The position numbers and the translations under genes are program-made. DNA of 64,000 bases from an uncultured delta proteobacterium (lineage in GTDB: Bacteria; Myxococcota_A; Polyangia; Polyangiales; Polyangiaceae): assembly GCA_963841435.1 (NCBI GenBank), contig CAWJCS010000006.1:640001-704000 (forward strand), in the 5' to 3' direction. Shown piece by piece: positions 49,847-61,282 of this stretch; within the stretch, counting starts at the first letter, position 1, and each line of letters starts with the position of its first letter. The notes below the pieces were generated by a model that saw nothing but the letters and a program-made list of their open reading frames with translations, was not told the DNA's origin and searched no databases.

Positions 49847-50803
49847 TCAGCCGGCGAGCTCGTCGGCGATGGCTCGCGCGACGGTACGCGCCTGATCGAG
49901 CTCGGCGTTCGAGAACGCGATGCCGCCGACCACGGGATGCCCCCCACCGCCGTAGCGCGCGCAAATGGAGCTGATGTCGGCGTCGAGCGGTCGCCCCGAC
50001 CAGGGGTTGTAGCCGACCGAGATCTTCGGCCCGTGCTTGAGCAGGCCGATCACGACCGAGTAGACCGAGTCGGGAAACAGGGCGTAAGTCACGAACTTTC
50101 CCACGCTGTCGAGCACCTCTTCGGTGAGGTCGACGAAGACGACGCGCCCGACCACGCGGCTACTCTTCTTCACGCGGTCGACGAAGCGAGCCTGCTTCTT
50201 GCCGAGCGGCTGGTAACGCTCCGCGATCTCCGGCATCGCCGCGACCTCGTGAAGTGGGCGCTCGAGCAGTGCGGGCACCATGCGCGTGATGAACGCGTCG
50301 TCGCCGTAATGCTCGACGACGCTCACGAGCTGCATGATCGGGCTCGAGCGATCGACCGCTTCCGCGGCGCTGCCGAAGCGGGCCGCGTCGATACGGTCGG
50401 CGAAGCTAACGAGCTCGTCGAGCGAGGCGTCCTCGAAGCCAAACTGCTCGCGAGCGACGCGCGCGATGAGCGTGGTGCACGACGAGGCCTCGGCGTCGTA
50501 GAAGTATCTGCCGTTGTCGCGCTTGGCGTCGAAGTCCGTGCGATCCTCGGCGGAAGCGAACGCCGTCCGATGATGATCGAAGTACCAGCCGAGCCGGTCG
50601 CTCGCGTGGTAGCGGTAGTCGAGGATGGCGTTGTCGTCGCCGACGAGCAGCGCGTCGTCCGCGCGTGCCTGCCCGGTACCGTAGCCGCACGCGCGGTAGG
50701 AAAACTCCGACACCGGTTCGACGCGCTTCAAGAGCCGCGTGAATAGCGCGGCGCTCGCGAGGCCGTCGAAACAGTGGCCATGCGTGGCCACGACAACCTT
50801 CAT
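49847..50803 (-). CDS. DHH-family phosphoesterase
   Basis: HGHCFDG, ILD, FDHH, GGGGH. Confidence 0.82.
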   Translation of the reverse strand: MKVVVATHGHCFDGLASAALFTRLLKRVEPVSEFSYRACGYGTGQARADDALLVGDDNAILDYRYHASDRLGWYFDHHRTAFASAEDRTDFDAKRDNGRYFYDAEASSCTTLIARVAREQFGFEDASLDELVSFADRIDAARFGSAAEAVDRSSPIMQLVSVVEHYGDDAFITRMVPALLERPLHEVAAMPEIAERYQPLGKKQARFVDRVKKSSRVVGRVVFVDLTEEVLDSVGKFVTYALFPDSVYSVVIGLLKHGPKISVGYNPWSGRPLDADISSICARYGGGGHPVVGGIAFSNAELDQARTVARAIADELAG

Positions 50804-50944
50804 GTCGGGAAAGGTAGCATATTGTCCTCCCTTCTCGTTGGGTAATCTGGGACCGGTTTCAGCCCAGCCCGTGGCGGTGGATTCCGCCACCCCCGCGGAA
50901 CCCGACGCGAAACCAGACGACGCCGCTGCCCGACACCCATCGGA

Positions 50945-51865
50945 GTGGCCCAAGGCTCACCCCGAATTCTCCTCGGAGCGGATTTGCCTCATCGGCTCGG
51001 CAATCTGTCGGTGCCCGTCGAGAGGCTCTTCGTCCGCGGCGAGCTCCCGCGCGGGCCCGCCGTGGCGATCGTGGGGACGCGCACCCCGACGTTGGAAGCG
51101 GCGGCGTTCGCTCGCGCGCTGTCGCAGCGGCTCGCCGGGGATGGGGTCGCCATTGTCTCCGGCGGTGCTCGGGGCATCGACACGATGGCGCACGAAGGGG
51201 CGCTCGAGGCCGGCGGCGCGACCGTCGTCGTTGCACCGGCGGGGTACGACGCGCCCTACCCTCCACAAAACCGCGAGCTCTTCGCGCGCGTCATCGCTTG
51301 CGGGGGCGCATACGCTTCGCTCGTCGCCGACGACGTGAAGGCGCACCAGTCGAACTTCTTCCCGCGGAACGCCTGCCTTGTCGCGCTCGCGCACGTCGTC
51401 GTCGTGGCGGAGGCCCCAATCCGGAGCGGGGCGCGAAACGCCGCGAGCTTCGCGCGCAAGCTCGGGCGGCCTTTGCTCGTCGTGCCTGCCGCACCCTGGA
51501 ACGAGCGCGGGCGCGGCTCGATCCAGGAGCTCAAATGGGGCGCCTCTCCCTGTGACGGGGAGGCCGACGTGCTCGAAGCGCTCGCGCGCCAGCATCTCCA
51601 TCCCGTGGCCGGTGACGCCCAGGCGCCGGAGCCGCGCACCCAGATGAATCTGCCCTTTGCGGGTCCGGCGCCGAGCCCCGCCGCCCGGGTGCTCGCCGCG
51701 CTCGAAGCGGGAGCAACGAGCGTCGAGGCGGTTTCGGCGGCCACGGGGCTCGGAGCGGCGGCCGTCCAACGGCATCTCTTGACGCTCACACTGGAAGGTG
51801 TGCTAGCTCCCGACCCCGCGGGAGCCCTGCGGCCCGTGGCCGGCAGAAAAGGTTTCAGTCCATAA
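50945..51865 (+). CDS. dprA: DNA-processing protein DprA (short form)
   Basis: AIVGTR, IVSGGARGID..AH.GAL, FFPRN, EA..RSGA; C-terminal wHTH; start uncertain. Confidence 0.88.
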   Translation: MAQGSPRILLGADLPHRLGNLSVPVERLFVRGELPRGPAVAIVGTRTPTLEAAAFARALSQRLAGDGVAIVSGGARGIDTMAHEGALEAGGATVVVAPAGYDAPYPPQNRELFARVIACGGAYASLVADDVKAHQSNFFPRNACLVALAHVVVVAEAPIRSGARNAASFARKLGRPLLVVPAAPWNERGRGSIQELKWGASPCDGEADVLEALARQHLHPVAGDAQAPEPRTQMNLPFAGPAPSPAARVLAALEAGATSVEAVSAATGLGAAAVQRHLLTLTLEGVLAPDPAGALRPVAGRKGFSP

Positions 51866-51999
51866 AACCTTGAAATAAAAAGGAAAGTTTGCCGATCCGG
51901 CTCCACAACAGGGTTGCGCGTCGGTAACATTGCCCGAAACTTAGCGCCCCGGAACGCCCCCTGGCAGAAGAGAGACCCCCCTCAATGGGCAAGACCCTC

Positions 52000-54468
52000 A
52001 TGGGCAAGACCCTCGTCATCGTCGAATCCCCCGCCAAAGCCAAGACCATCAAGAAGTACTTGGGTCCTGGGTACGAGGTGGTGGCGAGCAAGGGTCACAT
52101 CAAGGACCTGCCCAAGCGTATGGGGATCGACGTCGAGAAGGGCTTCAAGGAGACGTACGAGGTCATCGAGAGCAAGGCCAAGGTGCTCTCCGAGCTCAGG
52201 ACCGAGGCGAAGAAGGTCGACGTGCTCCTGCTCGCGACCGACCCCGACCGCGAAGGCGAGGCGATCGCCTGGCACATCGCGGAGGAGCTCGGTCGGCCCA
52301 AACTCGAGGTGAAGCGCGTCGAGTTCGAAGAGATCACGAAGAAGGGGGTCGAGCGTGGCATCGAGTCGCCGAGGGCCCTCGACGCCCATCTCTACGACGC
52401 CCAGCGGGCCCGCCGCGTGCTCGATCGCATCGTGGGCTACGACGTTTCGGCGCTCGTTTGGAACAAGCTCGCCTTCGGGCTGAGCGCAGGCCGCGTCCAA
52501 TCGGTGGCACTCCGGCTCATCGTCGATCGCGAGCGCGAGATCGAAGCGTTCGTACCCGAGGAGTACTGGAACGTCGGCGTGGGTCTGCGAGGCGCTGCCA
52601 AGGAATCGTTCGTCGCCCGCCTGACCAAGGCAGACGGCGAAAAGCTCGAGGTGAAGGAGGGCACGAAGGCCGCCAGGGTCAAAGCGGATCTCGAGTCCGC
52701 GAGCTACAAGGTCACGGGCGTCACGCAGCGTGAGCAGCGCCGCCACGCCCCCGCTCCCTACACGACGAGCAAGCTCCAGCAGGATGCCACGAGCTACCTG
52801 CGTTTCACCACGAAACGCACGATGAACGTGGCTCAGCGCCTCTACGAAGGTATCGACCTCAAGAAGGACGGCGGGCTCGTCGGCCTCATCACCTACATGC
52901 GTACCGACTCGGTGCGCGTGAGCGCCGATGCCGCCGCCGAAGCGCGCGCCTTGGTCAAGAGCGAGTACGGCGACCGCTTCGTGCCCGACAAGCCCAACAT
53001 CTACAAATCGCGCAAGGACGCCCAGGAGGCGCACGAGGCCATTCGCCCGACATCGATGGAGCTGCCTCCCGCCAAGGTGCGAAAGTACGTCACCGACGAG
53101 CAGTTCAAGCTCTACCAGCTCATCTGGAACCGTTTCATCGCATCCCAGATGACGCAGGCCGTCTACGATCAGACGGGCGTCGACATCGAGGCCACGCCCA
53201 AGACTGCCGACAAGGGCCACGCGTCCTACGGCCTTCGGGCGAGCGGCAAGGTGCTGAAGTTTAGCGGCTGGCTCGAGCAATACCAGTCGGGGCGCGCCTT
53301 GGAGGAGGGCCCCAAGGAGCTCGCGGGCGAGGAGGAAGCGGACGGCGACGCCAAGGAACCGGCCGGCGCGAACGGCATCAACGGCTCCGTCGCCAAGGCG
53401 CGCGAGGGCGCGAAGGCGAGCGACGACGACGACGGCACGCTGCCGCCGATCGCGGAGGGCGAGGTGCTCTCGCTCGCGACGCCGCCCGGCGTGCTCGCCG
53501 AGCAGAAGTTCACCCAGCCGCCCCCGCGCTACAACGAAGGCTCGCTCGTGCGCGAGCTCGAAAAGCGCGGCATCGGTCGCCCCAGCACCTACGCGGAGAT
53601 CATCAGCAAGGTGCAGGCGCGCGACTACGTCGAGAAGCTGCCCGGCGGCCAGATGAAGGCGACGAACCTCGGCAAGATCGTGGTGGACGGCCTCGTTTCC
53701 ACCGATCTCGACTTCATGGAGCCGAGCTTCACCGCCAAGATGGAAGAAGAGCTCGACGAGGTCGAGGCAGGCAACCTCCAGCGCGAGGAGCTTCTCTCGC
53801 GCTTCTACGGCCGCTTCCGCGAGGTGCTCGACCGGGCCAAGAAGGCCAAGCGCTGGACGCCGGAGCCGGAGCTCACCGAGCACAAGTGCGAGGAGTGCGG
53901 CGCGCACTTGCTCAAGCGCTGGAGCAAGAACGGCTGGTTCCTCGGCTGCGAGACGTACCCGAAGTGCAAGTTCACGCGCGACCTCGGCAAGGACGGCAGC
54001 GCTCCCGCCGAGCTGCGTATGACGGACATCGTCTGCGACAAGTGCGGGAAATCCATGATCATCAAGACCGGGCGCTACGGAGAGTTTCTCTCCTGCAGCG
54101 GCTACCCGGAGTGCAAGAACGCCCGCCCCGTGCCGACGGGAGTGCAGTGCCCGAAGGACGCCGGCGACCTCGTGGAGGTGCGCTCGAAGAAGCGCGGCGG
54201 TCGCTCGTTCTACGGGTGCAGCAACTACCCGAAGTGCGACTTCAAGGTCTGGCAAAAGCCGATCAACGAGCCGTGCCCCCTCTGCAACCACCCGTTCTTG
54301 GTGGTGGGCGGGGGACAGAAGAACCCGAAGCTCGTGTGCGGGCGAGGCAAGGAGTGTGGCTACTCGCGCCCGCTCGAAGAGCCCACCGACGAGCAGGCGG
54401 CACCCGTCGACGCCCCTTCTGGTGCTCGCCCCGCGGTCGAGGACAGTCCGACCACGGCCCCGCCGTGA
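52000..54468 (+). CDS. topA: DNA topoisomerase I
   Basis: [58 protein letters not shown]-terminal Zn ribbons; alternative start 51985. Confidence 0.98.
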   Translation: MGKTLVIVESPAKAKTIKKYLGPGYEVVASKGHIKDLPKRMGIDVEKGFKETYEVIESKAKVLSELRTEAKKVDVLLLATDPDREGEAIAWHIAEELGRPKLEVKRVEFEEITKKGVERGIESPRALDAHLYDAQRARRVLDRIVGYDVSALVWNKLAFGLSAGRVQSVALRLIVDREREIEAFVPEEYWNVGVGLRGAAKESFVARLTKADGEKLEVKEGTKAARVKADLESASYKVTGVTQREQRRHAPAPYTTSKLQQDATSYLRFTTKRTMNVAQRLYEGIDLKKDGGLVGLITYMRTDSVRVSADAAAEARALVKSEYGDRFVPDKPNIYKSRKDAQEAHEAIRPTSMELPPAKVRKYVTDEQFKLYQLIWNRFIASQMTQAVYDQTGVDIEATPKTADKGHASYGLRASGKVLKFSGWLEQYQSGRALEEGPKELAGEEEADGDAKEPAGANGINGSVAKAREGAKASDDDDGTLPPIAEGEVLSLATPPGVLAEQKFTQPPPRYNEGSLVRELEKRGIGRPSTYAEIISKVQARDYVEKLPGGQMKATNLGKIVVDGLVSTDLDFMEPSFTAKMEEELDEVEAGNLQREELLSRFYGRFREVLDRAKKAKRWTPEPELTEHKCEECGAHLLKRWSKNGWFLGCETYPKCKFTRDLGKDGSAPAELRMTDIVCDKCGKSMIIKTGRYGEFLSCSGYPECKNARPVPTGVQCPKDAGDLVEVRSKKRGGRSFYGCSNYPKCDFKVWQKPINEPCPLCNHPFLVVGGGQKNPKLVCGRGKECGYSRPLEEPTDEQAAPVDAPSGARPAVEDSPTTAPP

Positions 54469-55835
54469 CGGCCGCGTCCGTCACGATCGTCGGAGCAGGT
54501 CTCGCCGGATCGGAGGCGGCGCTCGCGCTCGCCCGGCGCGGCATCCGGGTCACCCTGCTCGAGCAGAAGCCCGAGCATCGGACCCCCGCTCAGAGCAGCG
54601 ATTCGCTCTGCGAGCTCGTTTGCTCGAACTCGTTCCGGGGCGCGGCGCTCGCCAACGCCGTCGGCCTGCTCAAGGAGGAGATGCGCCGTCTCGACTCGAC
54701 GGTGATGGCCGTCGCCGAGCGCACGCGCGTACCCGCTGGCGGCGCGCTCGCCGTCGATCGCGAGCGCTTCTCGGCGGAGATGACGCGGCTCTTGCGTGAA
54801 AATCCGTGCATCGAAGTGCGGAGCGAGCTCGTCGAGCGTCTACCTGACGCTCGCCCCCTCGTGATCGCCACGGGGCCGCTCACGGGCGACGCGCTGGCTC
54901 GGGACATCGCACGTCGCGTCGGTGAGGACCGCCTCGCGTACTACGACGCCATCGCCCCCATCGTGAGCGCCGACAGCATCGACGAGACGCGCGTGTTTCG
55001 CGCTTCGCGCTGGGACAAGGGCGAGACCGAGGCCGATCGCGAGGCCTACGTGAACGCGCCACTCGACGAGAGCCAGTACCGGGCGTTCGTGAAGGAGCTC
55101 GTCCTGGCACGCAAGGTGGCTCCCGAGAGCTTCGAAGACGCTCGCTACTTCGAGGGGTGCTTGCCCATCGAGGTCATGGCCGAGCGCGGCGAGATGACGC
55201 TGGCGTTCGGTCCCATGAAGCCCGTCGGGCTCACCGATCCACGCACGGGGCGCTGGCCCTTCGCCGTGGTCCAGCTCCGGCCCGAGGACGATGCGGCCAC
55301 GGCCTACAATATCGTGGGCTTTCAGACCCGCATGCTCCGGGGCGAGCAGGAGCGGCTGTTTCGCACCATCCCCGGCCTCGAACAGGCGGAATTTCTCCGC
55401 TTCGGCGCCGTCCACCGCAACACGTTCCTGCGGGCACCCACGCTGCTCGACGCGACCTTCCAGCTTCGCGCGGAGCCGGGACTCTATTTCGCGGGGCAGG
55501 TGAGTGGCGTCGAAGGTTACGTAGAGAGCGCGGCGAGCGGCCTTCTGGTCGCGCGCTTCGTTACCGAGCGGCTGGAAGGGCGGGAGCCAGTGCTGCCCCC
55601 CGCAACGACGGCGCTCGGTGGGCTGCTCGCGCAGCTTTCACGGCATCCCGAGGACTACCAGCCCTCCAACATCACGTTTTCGCACCTCTTGCCGCATACC
55701 GGCCCGCGGCTCAAGAAGCGAGCCAAGTACGAAGCCATGGCAGAGCGTGCACTCGCCGATCTCGCGAGTTGGCTCGAAGGCCCGAGCGGTGCGACCCCGA
55801 GGGGTGAAGCCGCCGAGCCGGCTTTCGCTGGCTAG
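54465..55835 (+). CDS. trmFO: Folate/FAD-dependent tRNA m5U54 methyltransferase
   Basis: [61 protein letters not shown] overlap with topA. Confidence 0.96.
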   Translation: MTAASVTIVGAGLAGSEAALALARRGIRVTLLEQKPEHRTPAQSSDSLCELVCSNSFRGAALANAVGLLKEEMRRLDSTVMAVAERTRVPAGGALAVDRERFSAEMTRLLRENPCIEVRSELVERLPDARPLVIATGPLTGDALARDIARRVGEDRLAYYDAIAPIVSADSIDETRVFRASRWDKGETEADREAYVNAPLDESQYRAFVKELVLARKVAPESFEDARYFEGCLPIEVMAERGEMTLAFGPMKPVGLTDPRTGRWPFAVVQLRPEDDAATAYNIVGFQTRMLRGEQERLFRTIPGLEQAEFLRFGAVHRNTFLRAPTLLDATFQLRAEPGLYFAGQVSGVEGYVESAASGLLVARFVTERLEGREPVLPPATTALGGLLAQLSRHPEDYQPSNITFSHLLPHTGPRLKKRAKYEAMAERALADLASWLEGPSGATPRGEAAEPAFAG

Positions 55836-55911
55836 TTTGCCAGCGGCCTTGGGGAGACTTAGCTTAAAGATCCCCTGACCCAGGGCGCTTCTTCCCTGGG
55901 CTCGCGGGAAG

Positions 55912-58068
55912 ATGCTGAATCTCGAGTCCCTCGTCAACCTCGTCAAGAGCTACCACCCGGTGGCGGACGTTGACCTCATCCGCAAGGCTTACCGCTATTC
56001 GGAATGGGCTCACCGGGGGCAGATCAGAAAGAGCGGGGATCCGTACTTCATCCACCCCGCGGGGGTCGCCGGGCTGATCACCGAGCTCCGGCTCGACACC
56101 GCTAGCGTCTGCGCCGGCCTGCTCCACGACGTGCTCGAGGACACCCTCGTCAGCACCGAGGACCTAGAGCGCGAGTTCGGCCCCGAGGTCGCCACGATCG
56201 TCGATGGCGTGACCAAGCTCGGCAAGATCAACTTCAGCTCCCGCGAGGATCGCCAGGCCGAGAGCTTCGGCAAGATGGTCGTCGCCATGGCGCGCGACCT
56301 TCGCGTGCTGCTCGTCAAGCTCTGCGACCGGCTCGACAACATGCGCACGCTGGGCGCCATGAAGCCCGAGTCGCAGGAGCGCATCGCGCGCGAGACGCGG
56401 GAGATCTACGCGCCGCTCGCCTCGCGGCTCGGCATGCAGCGCCTCAAGAGCGAGCTCGAGGATCTCTCGTTCAAGTACCTCGAGCCCGAGATCTACCTGG
56501 AGATAAAGAAGAAGCTCGAGCGCACCGCGAAGGAGCGGGACCGCTACACGGAGAGCGTGTGCCGCACCATCGTGTCGCGTCTCGCCGAGCAGGGGTTCGC
56601 CGCCGAGGTGACGGGCCGCGCGAAGCACTTCTACTCCGTTCACCGCAAGATGAAGGACCAGGGCTGCGACTTCGAGCAGGTCTACGACATCCTGGCCTTC
56701 CGCATTTGTGTCGAATCGGTCGCCGATTGCTACGCGGCGCTCGGGGCCATGCACTCGCGCTGGACGCCGATTCCAGGGCGCTTCAAGGACTACATCGCGC
56801 TTCCCAAGCCCAATATGTACCAGTCGCTGCACACGACGGTGATTGGGCCCGGACGGCAGCGCATCGAGATCCAGATCCGCACGCACGAGATGCATCGCGT
56901 GGCCGAGCACGGGGTCGCGGCGCACTGGCGTTACAAGGAGCGCATCTCGGGTGGTGTCGACCCGAAGGACGCCGAGAAGTTCACTTGGCTGCGCGAGCTC
57001 GCCGACTTTCAGCGCAACGTGAAGGATCCGGTCGAGTTCCTCGAGAGCGTGAAGATCGATCTTTTCCCGGACGAGGTCTACGTCTTCACGCCCAAGGGCG
57101 ACGTGCGGGTGCTGCCCCGAGGATCCACGCCCATCGACTTCGCGTATGCCATTCATTCCGAGGTCGGGGAGCACTGTTCGGGGGCGCGCGCGAACGGACA
57201 AATCGTCCCGCTTCGCTACAAGCTGAAGAGTGGTGACGTCATCGAGGTGATGACGAGCGCGAACCAGCAGCCGAGCAAGGACTGGCTGGATTTCTGCGTC
57301 ACCACGCGCGCTCGCTCGCGCATCCGCTCCCACATTCGCATCGACCTGCGCGAAAAGAGCGTGAATCTCGGGCGCGAGCTACTCGAAGCGGAGATGCGAG
57401 GGGCGGGTTTGTCGTACGCCAAGCTCTCGAAGAACGAAGAGGAAGCCAAGCGCCTCGCCACCGAGCACGGCTCCACGACCCTCGACGATCTCTTGCTCGC
57501 CGTCGGCTACGGCAAGATCCACGCGGAGGACGTCGTCGAGTCCCTCCAGGCGCCGACCCCCGACAGCGAGCCGCCGCGCGAGCTTCGCACCGGGACGTTC
57601 GAGAAGTTCGTGCGCCGTGTCACGGGGCGCGACCAGTCGGGCATTCGCGTGAGTGGCGAGGACGACGTGCTGGTGCGCTACGCGCGCTGCTGCAGCCCGC
57701 TGCCGGGAGATGCCATCATCGGCTTCATCACGCGGGGGCGCGGGGTCACGGTCCACCGGCGCGAGTGTCGCAAAGCACTCGACATGGATCCGGACCGCCG
57801 CATCGACGTTTCCTGGGACACGAAAGCCAAGGTGCAGCGCCCCGTTCAGCTCTGCGTCACGACGACCAACAAGCCCGGTATCCTCGCCACCGTGAGCCAG
57901 ACCTTCAGCTCGCAGAGCATCAACATCAGCGAAGCGAACTGCCGCGCCGACGACGACGGTCACGCCCGCAACGTGTTCACCTTCAACTGCACCGACTTGT
58001 CGCAGCTCAAGAGCGTCATCAAGGCGCTGCAGCGCGTCAGCGGCGTGGTGGAAGTGTCTCGGATCTGA
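55912..58068 (+). CDS. relA: Bifunctional (p)ppGpp synthetase/hydrolase (Rel/SpoT)
   Basis: HD domain LLHDVLED, DRLDNMRT, RFKDYI..PK.N.YQSLHT, EIQIRT, TGS domain, CC.P.PGD, ACT domain. Confidence 0.95.
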   Translation: MLNLESLVNLVKSYHPVADVDLIRKAYRYSEWAHRGQIRKSGDPYFIHPAGVAGLITELRLDTASVCAGLLHDVLEDTLVSTEDLEREFGPEVATIVDGVTKLGKINFSSREDRQAESFGKMVVAMARDLRVLLVKLCDRLDNMRTLGAMKPESQERIARETREIYAPLASRLGMQRLKSELEDLSFKYLEPEIYLEIKKKLERTAKERDRYTESVCRTIVSRLAEQGFAAEVTGRAKHFYSVHRKMKDQGCDFEQVYDILAFRICVESVADCYAALGAMHSRWTPIPGRFKDYIALPKPNMYQSLHTTVIGPGRQRIEIQIRTHEMHRVAEHGVAAHWRYKERISGGVDPKDAEKFTWLRELADFQRNVKDPVEFLESVKIDLFPDEVYVFTPKGDVRVLPRGSTPIDFAYAIHSEVGEHCSGARANGQIVPLRYKLKSGDVIEVMTSANQQPSKDWLDFCVTTRARSRIRSHIRIDLREKSVNLGRELLEAEMRGAGLSYAKLSKNEEEAKRLATEHGSTTLDDLLLAVGYGKIHAEDVVESLQAPTPDSEPPRELRTGTFEKFVRRVTGRDQSGIRVSGEDDVLVRYARCCSPLPGDAIIGFITRGRGVTVHRRECRKALDMDPDRRIDVSWDTKAKVQRPVQLCVTTTNKPGILATVSQTFSSQSINISEANCRADDDGHARNVFTFNCTDLSQLKSVIKALQRVSGVVEVSRI

Positions 58069-59845
58069 CGGCGGTCCGGAACGAGAACTGGTCGACGAGC
58101 ACGGGGCGCTCGGCGGGATCGAGCGGGTCGCGCAGGCCCACACAGTAGCCGTCGACGCCGCGGCCGTCGGCGCGCAAGCGCAACCGTACGAAGTGCTTGA
58201 AGCCGGGATGGTCGAGCGCCGTGAAGGCCTGCGTGTGCTCGAAGCCGAGGCGTGTGAGCAACGCGAGATAGGCGCCGAACACGAAGACTCCCGTGAGCAC
58301 GGCCGTCGCGAGCGTGAGCGCGACGATCACGTCCGTCTCCAGGCGGATGCCGGCGCGCTGGAGGCCGCGCCCGAGCACGAAAGAGATGGCGATGGGCAGG
58401 AGTGCCGTGAAAAAGGCCGTCAGAAACGCCAGTGGCACCACGCGCTTGCGACGGCGTGCGCCGCCGATCAGCGCGTAGGTCGTGCCGAGCACGAGCGTCA
58501 CGGCGACGGGCGCCGACAGGATCACGCCGAGCCGCTCGTAAAAGCGCGCTCCGAAGCTCACGGCCGGCGCGAACAGCGCGAGCAGTACCAGGTGCGGCAA
58601 AATACCCGACCGACCGCGAGCGACCTTGAACGGTACCTGGCGCAGGAGCGACAGGCACTGCGCGGCGCCGGGCCACTGCGCTTCGGGTGTCATGCCTCCC
58701 GACGCGATGCGCGCCGAGTGAAGGAACGCGCCGCCGCCGCCCGCCGTGACGTGCAGCAAGCGAGGCCGTTCGAGCCGTTGATAGTGGTGGATGTCGCCCG
58801 TGAGCACGAAGTGGTCTCTCGCCCCGAGATCCAGCCTCAGGCTCTCGACCATCTGCGTGCCGCTCCGGCTCGGCGCGCCGAAGCGATACACCGGGTCGGG
58901 TAGCAGCACGAGCGTCGGGTGCTCGGGGCGCTCCTGGTAGAAATCCATCAGGAACCGGCGCTGGCGCGTGTCGGGAGTGCGAAGCTGGCGGTCAACGGCG
59001 AGCATGTCGAGTCCCGGCGCAAGTCGGAGCGCAAAATAACTCGCATTTTGCACCGGCGCGTAGCCCGCGAGCACGAGCGCTCGGGGCTTTTCGATCTTGC
59101 CTCCGCGCACGAACTCACGCGCCCACTCGGCGTAGTGCTGCAGCGTGAGCGGCGAGATGCCGACGACGCTCGGGCGCGCCTCGTCCTCCGACGTGGTGCG
59201 CCGGCGAAACAGGCGTCCGAAGCCGTCGAGGCCGTCGTACCAGTCGTGGTTGCCGGGAATGCCGAGCAGCACGCGGCGCTGCCCGTCGCGCGGTAGACCA
59301 TCGAGCACCTGATTGAACGGCACGATGACGCGGTTGGTCACCTCCTGTGCCGTCGCGACCGGGTAGGCGGTGTCGCCCCCGAAGATGAGGATCTCACCGC
59401 GCGGCGCGACGAGGTGCTCGCCGGGGCGGTCGGGGTCGGGAAGCTCGTATTCGGCGAACAGGAGCCGCGCGACCGCACGGCTCACGGCAACGTCGTCGCC
59501 CGTGTCCGCCACGAAGTCGAGCCACAGGTCGCGTTCGAGGGCCTCGAGCAGAGTCGCCCGCGTCGGGTCGCCTCCGAGCTCGGTCGCGACGCGCGCGAGC
59601 AGCTCGTCGGGCGCGTCGGGCGTCATCCAGTCGCGCGAATCAACGTCCTCGGTCGCGATCGCCGCCGCGAGGAAGTGCCTGAGGTGCCCCCAAAAAGACG
59701 TGAGTCCGAACCACACCACGCCGCGCGGGCGCTCGGTGCCGCGCCTGAAGCGGCGCCGCACCCCCGGATCGGGCACGCCGGGACGGAACGGGCCCGGGGC
59801 CAGCCCGCCAGGTGACCTCTGAGCTGGTTCTGAGTGGGGATCCAT
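58037..59845 (-). CDS. Calcineurin-like metallophosphoesterase with C-terminal TM helices
   Basis: DFVADTGD, GGDTAYP, PGNHDWYDG, TGDIHHY, GGGGAFLH; about four TM helices. Confidence 0.82.
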   Translation of the reverse strand: MDPHSEPAQRSPGGLAPGPFRPGVPDPGVRRRFRRGTERPRGVVWFGLTSFWGHLRHFLAAAIATEDVDSRDWMTPDAPDELLARVATELGGDPTRATLLEALERDLWLDFVADTGDDVAVSRAVARLLFAEYELPDPDRPGEHLVAPRGEILIFGGDTAYPVATAQEVTNRVIVPFNQVLDGLPRDGQRRVLLGIPGNHDWYDGLDGFGRLFRRRTTSEDEARPSVVGISPLTLQHYAEWAREFVRGGKIEKPRALVLAGYAPVQNASYFALRLAPGLDMLAVDRQLRTPDTRQRRFLMDFYQERPEHPTLVLLPDPVYRFGAPSRSGTQMVESLRLDLGARDHFVLTGDIHHYQRLERPRLLHVTAGGGGAFLHSARIASGGMTPEAQWPGAAQCLSLLRQVPFKVARGRSGILPHLVLLALFAPAVSFGARFYERLGVILSAPVAVTLVLGTTYALIGGARRRKRVVPLAFLTAFFTALLPIAISFVLGRGLQRAGIRLETDVIVALTLATAVLTGVFVFGAYLALLTRLGFEHTQAFTALDHPGFKHFVRLRLRADGRGVDGYCVGLRDPLDPAERPVLVDQFSFRTAVRSETLPPRR

Positions 59846-59969
59846 CAGCGCCCTCGGTGAAGCGGTGAGCCCACAAAATGCGAGCGGCCCCAGCCCGGGG
59901 ATCCCGCCGCCCGGATTTTTCCGGGCCTCGGTGATCGTCCGCGCCGGGGCCGACCCGGGGAGGCCTCGC

Positions 59970-60293
59970 TTACTGGCCGACCACGATCGTGCAGGTCGAG
60001 GCGTAGAGGCCGAGGATGGCGAAGTTGTCGTGGTCCACGTGCGCCACCTGGGTGATGCCGCCAGCAGCCTTCGCGGCGCTGAGCGAAGCGTCACCGGTGC
60101 CGATGATGCCGAGGATCGAGGAGGCACATGCTTGCCCCGTCTTCGTTCCCTGACCCGGACCCACGTTACCGCCCATCTTGTAGCCGCTGTAGATGAAGCC
60201 GTTCACAGCGCCGTTGCCACCAGCCGCCATGGCGCAGCCACCCGCGACGCAGGCGAACACAAGAAGAGCGCCCATCTTGACGAGATTTTTCAT
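59970..60293 (-). CDS. TRL-like family small lipoprotein
   Basis: AGGAG RBS; lipobox AGGC; KTGQACASSILGIIGTGDAS..AA...GGIT.V..VD...ILG.Y...CT.V.G. Confidence 0.85.
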   Translation of the reverse strand: MKNLVKMGALLVFACVAGGCAMAAGGNGAVNGFIYSGYKMGGNVGPGQGTKTGQACASSILGIIGTGDASLSAAKAAGGITQVAHVDHDNFAILGLYASTCTIVVGQ

Positions 60294-60457
60294 GACTATT
60301 TCTCTCTCCTGAATGGTTTCACGCTCCCCAAAAGCAGTTTCGTGAAACGGGCGCCAGCATATACGGGAAACCTAGCGAGTCCATAGTGCACGACCTATTT
60401 TTCAGGGCAATTGGTCGCCCGGCCGGTCCTCGCGGCGTTACGCCTTCACTCATCAAT

Positions 60458-61249
60458 CTACTTAACGAAGACGATCGGGTGACTGCCCCGTCGCAGGGTG
60501 GGGGGTTCCTCACCTGCGATCTCGAAGATGAGTCCCGTCATCACTGCGCTCGGCTGCCCAACCCAGCGCCATAGATACTCGCGTTCCACCCTCACTGATA
60601 TCCGCAGCCCGCCGCTCTTGAATCCAACCCGTGCCGTGGCCCCGGGCGAGAGCCCACCGAAGCTGAACTTCCCGTCGGAGAAATCCAAAGTCAGAGGGAC
60701 GAGGCTCGGCCCCGCACCGAGCTCGATCCCCGCGATGCGGAGGCCACCCTCGTAGAGGTAGCGATAGATGGGAACGATGGTCCAGTGCGAATAAAGGCGA
60801 AGCTCCCAATCGCGATGCACGCTGAGCCACCACGCCCCGCGCGTCTCGCGCACGGTTTCGCCACGACCGAGCGCGACGCCGTGAAATGGCGTCACCCGAT
60901 CGACGACGCGGAAGCTGGCGGGCCCGCCGAACCAGACGACCTCGCGCGCCGAGGCGAACGGATCGAAGAGCGGCCACCGCTTCCACGCGACGGGTTGAGC
61001 GGCGGCCGCTCGGTTCGTCGGCGGTGGCTCGGCGGGTTTCGGCGGCGTCGCAGGTGCCGCGGTTTCTCGCGACACGTGCTCACCCGAAGCGGCGCTCGGC
61101 GCCGCCGTTAACGCGGCTGGCGCGGCCGACGAGCCCGCGCCGGGCGGTGCCGCGTGGACGACTCCGGGCGAAAGGGCCTGTGTCGCGCCGAGCCAGACCG
61201 CCGCGAGGGCGAGCTTTTTCGTTGGTCTGGGTCCCGTCCGGAAGCGCAT
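60458..61249 (-). CDS. Hypothetical exported protein
   Basis: Signal peptide VHA, PA-rich linker, aromatic beta-strand region; fills the gap between flanking minus-strand genes. Confidence 0.5.
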   Translation of the reverse strand: MRFRTGPRPTKKLALAAVWLGATQALSPGVVHAAPPGAGSSAAPAALTAAPSAASGEHVSRETAAPATPPKPAEPPPTNRAAAAQPVAWKRWPLFDPFASAREVVWFGGPASFRVVDRVTPFHGVALGRGETVRETRGAWWLSVHRDWELRLYSHWTIVPIYRYLYEGGLRIAGIELGAGPSLVPLTLDFSDGKFSFGGLSPGATARVGFKSGGLRISVRVEREYLWRWVGQPSAVMTGLIFEIAGEEPPTLRRGSHPIVFVK

Positions 61250-61282
61250 GGAAGGCGACGCTATAGCATCGTCGCCGAGCGT

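Noticed and set aside
51982-54291. 769-aa ORF antisense to topA
   Set aside because: Shadow ORF; topA on + is unambiguous
53886-54464. N-terminal extension of the trmFO ORF
   Set aside because: Overlaps topA in another frame; true start is GTG 54465
60294-60800. Lower-GC patch as a horizontally acquired island
   Set aside because: Short, partly promoter DNA, no integrase, IS or flanking repeats
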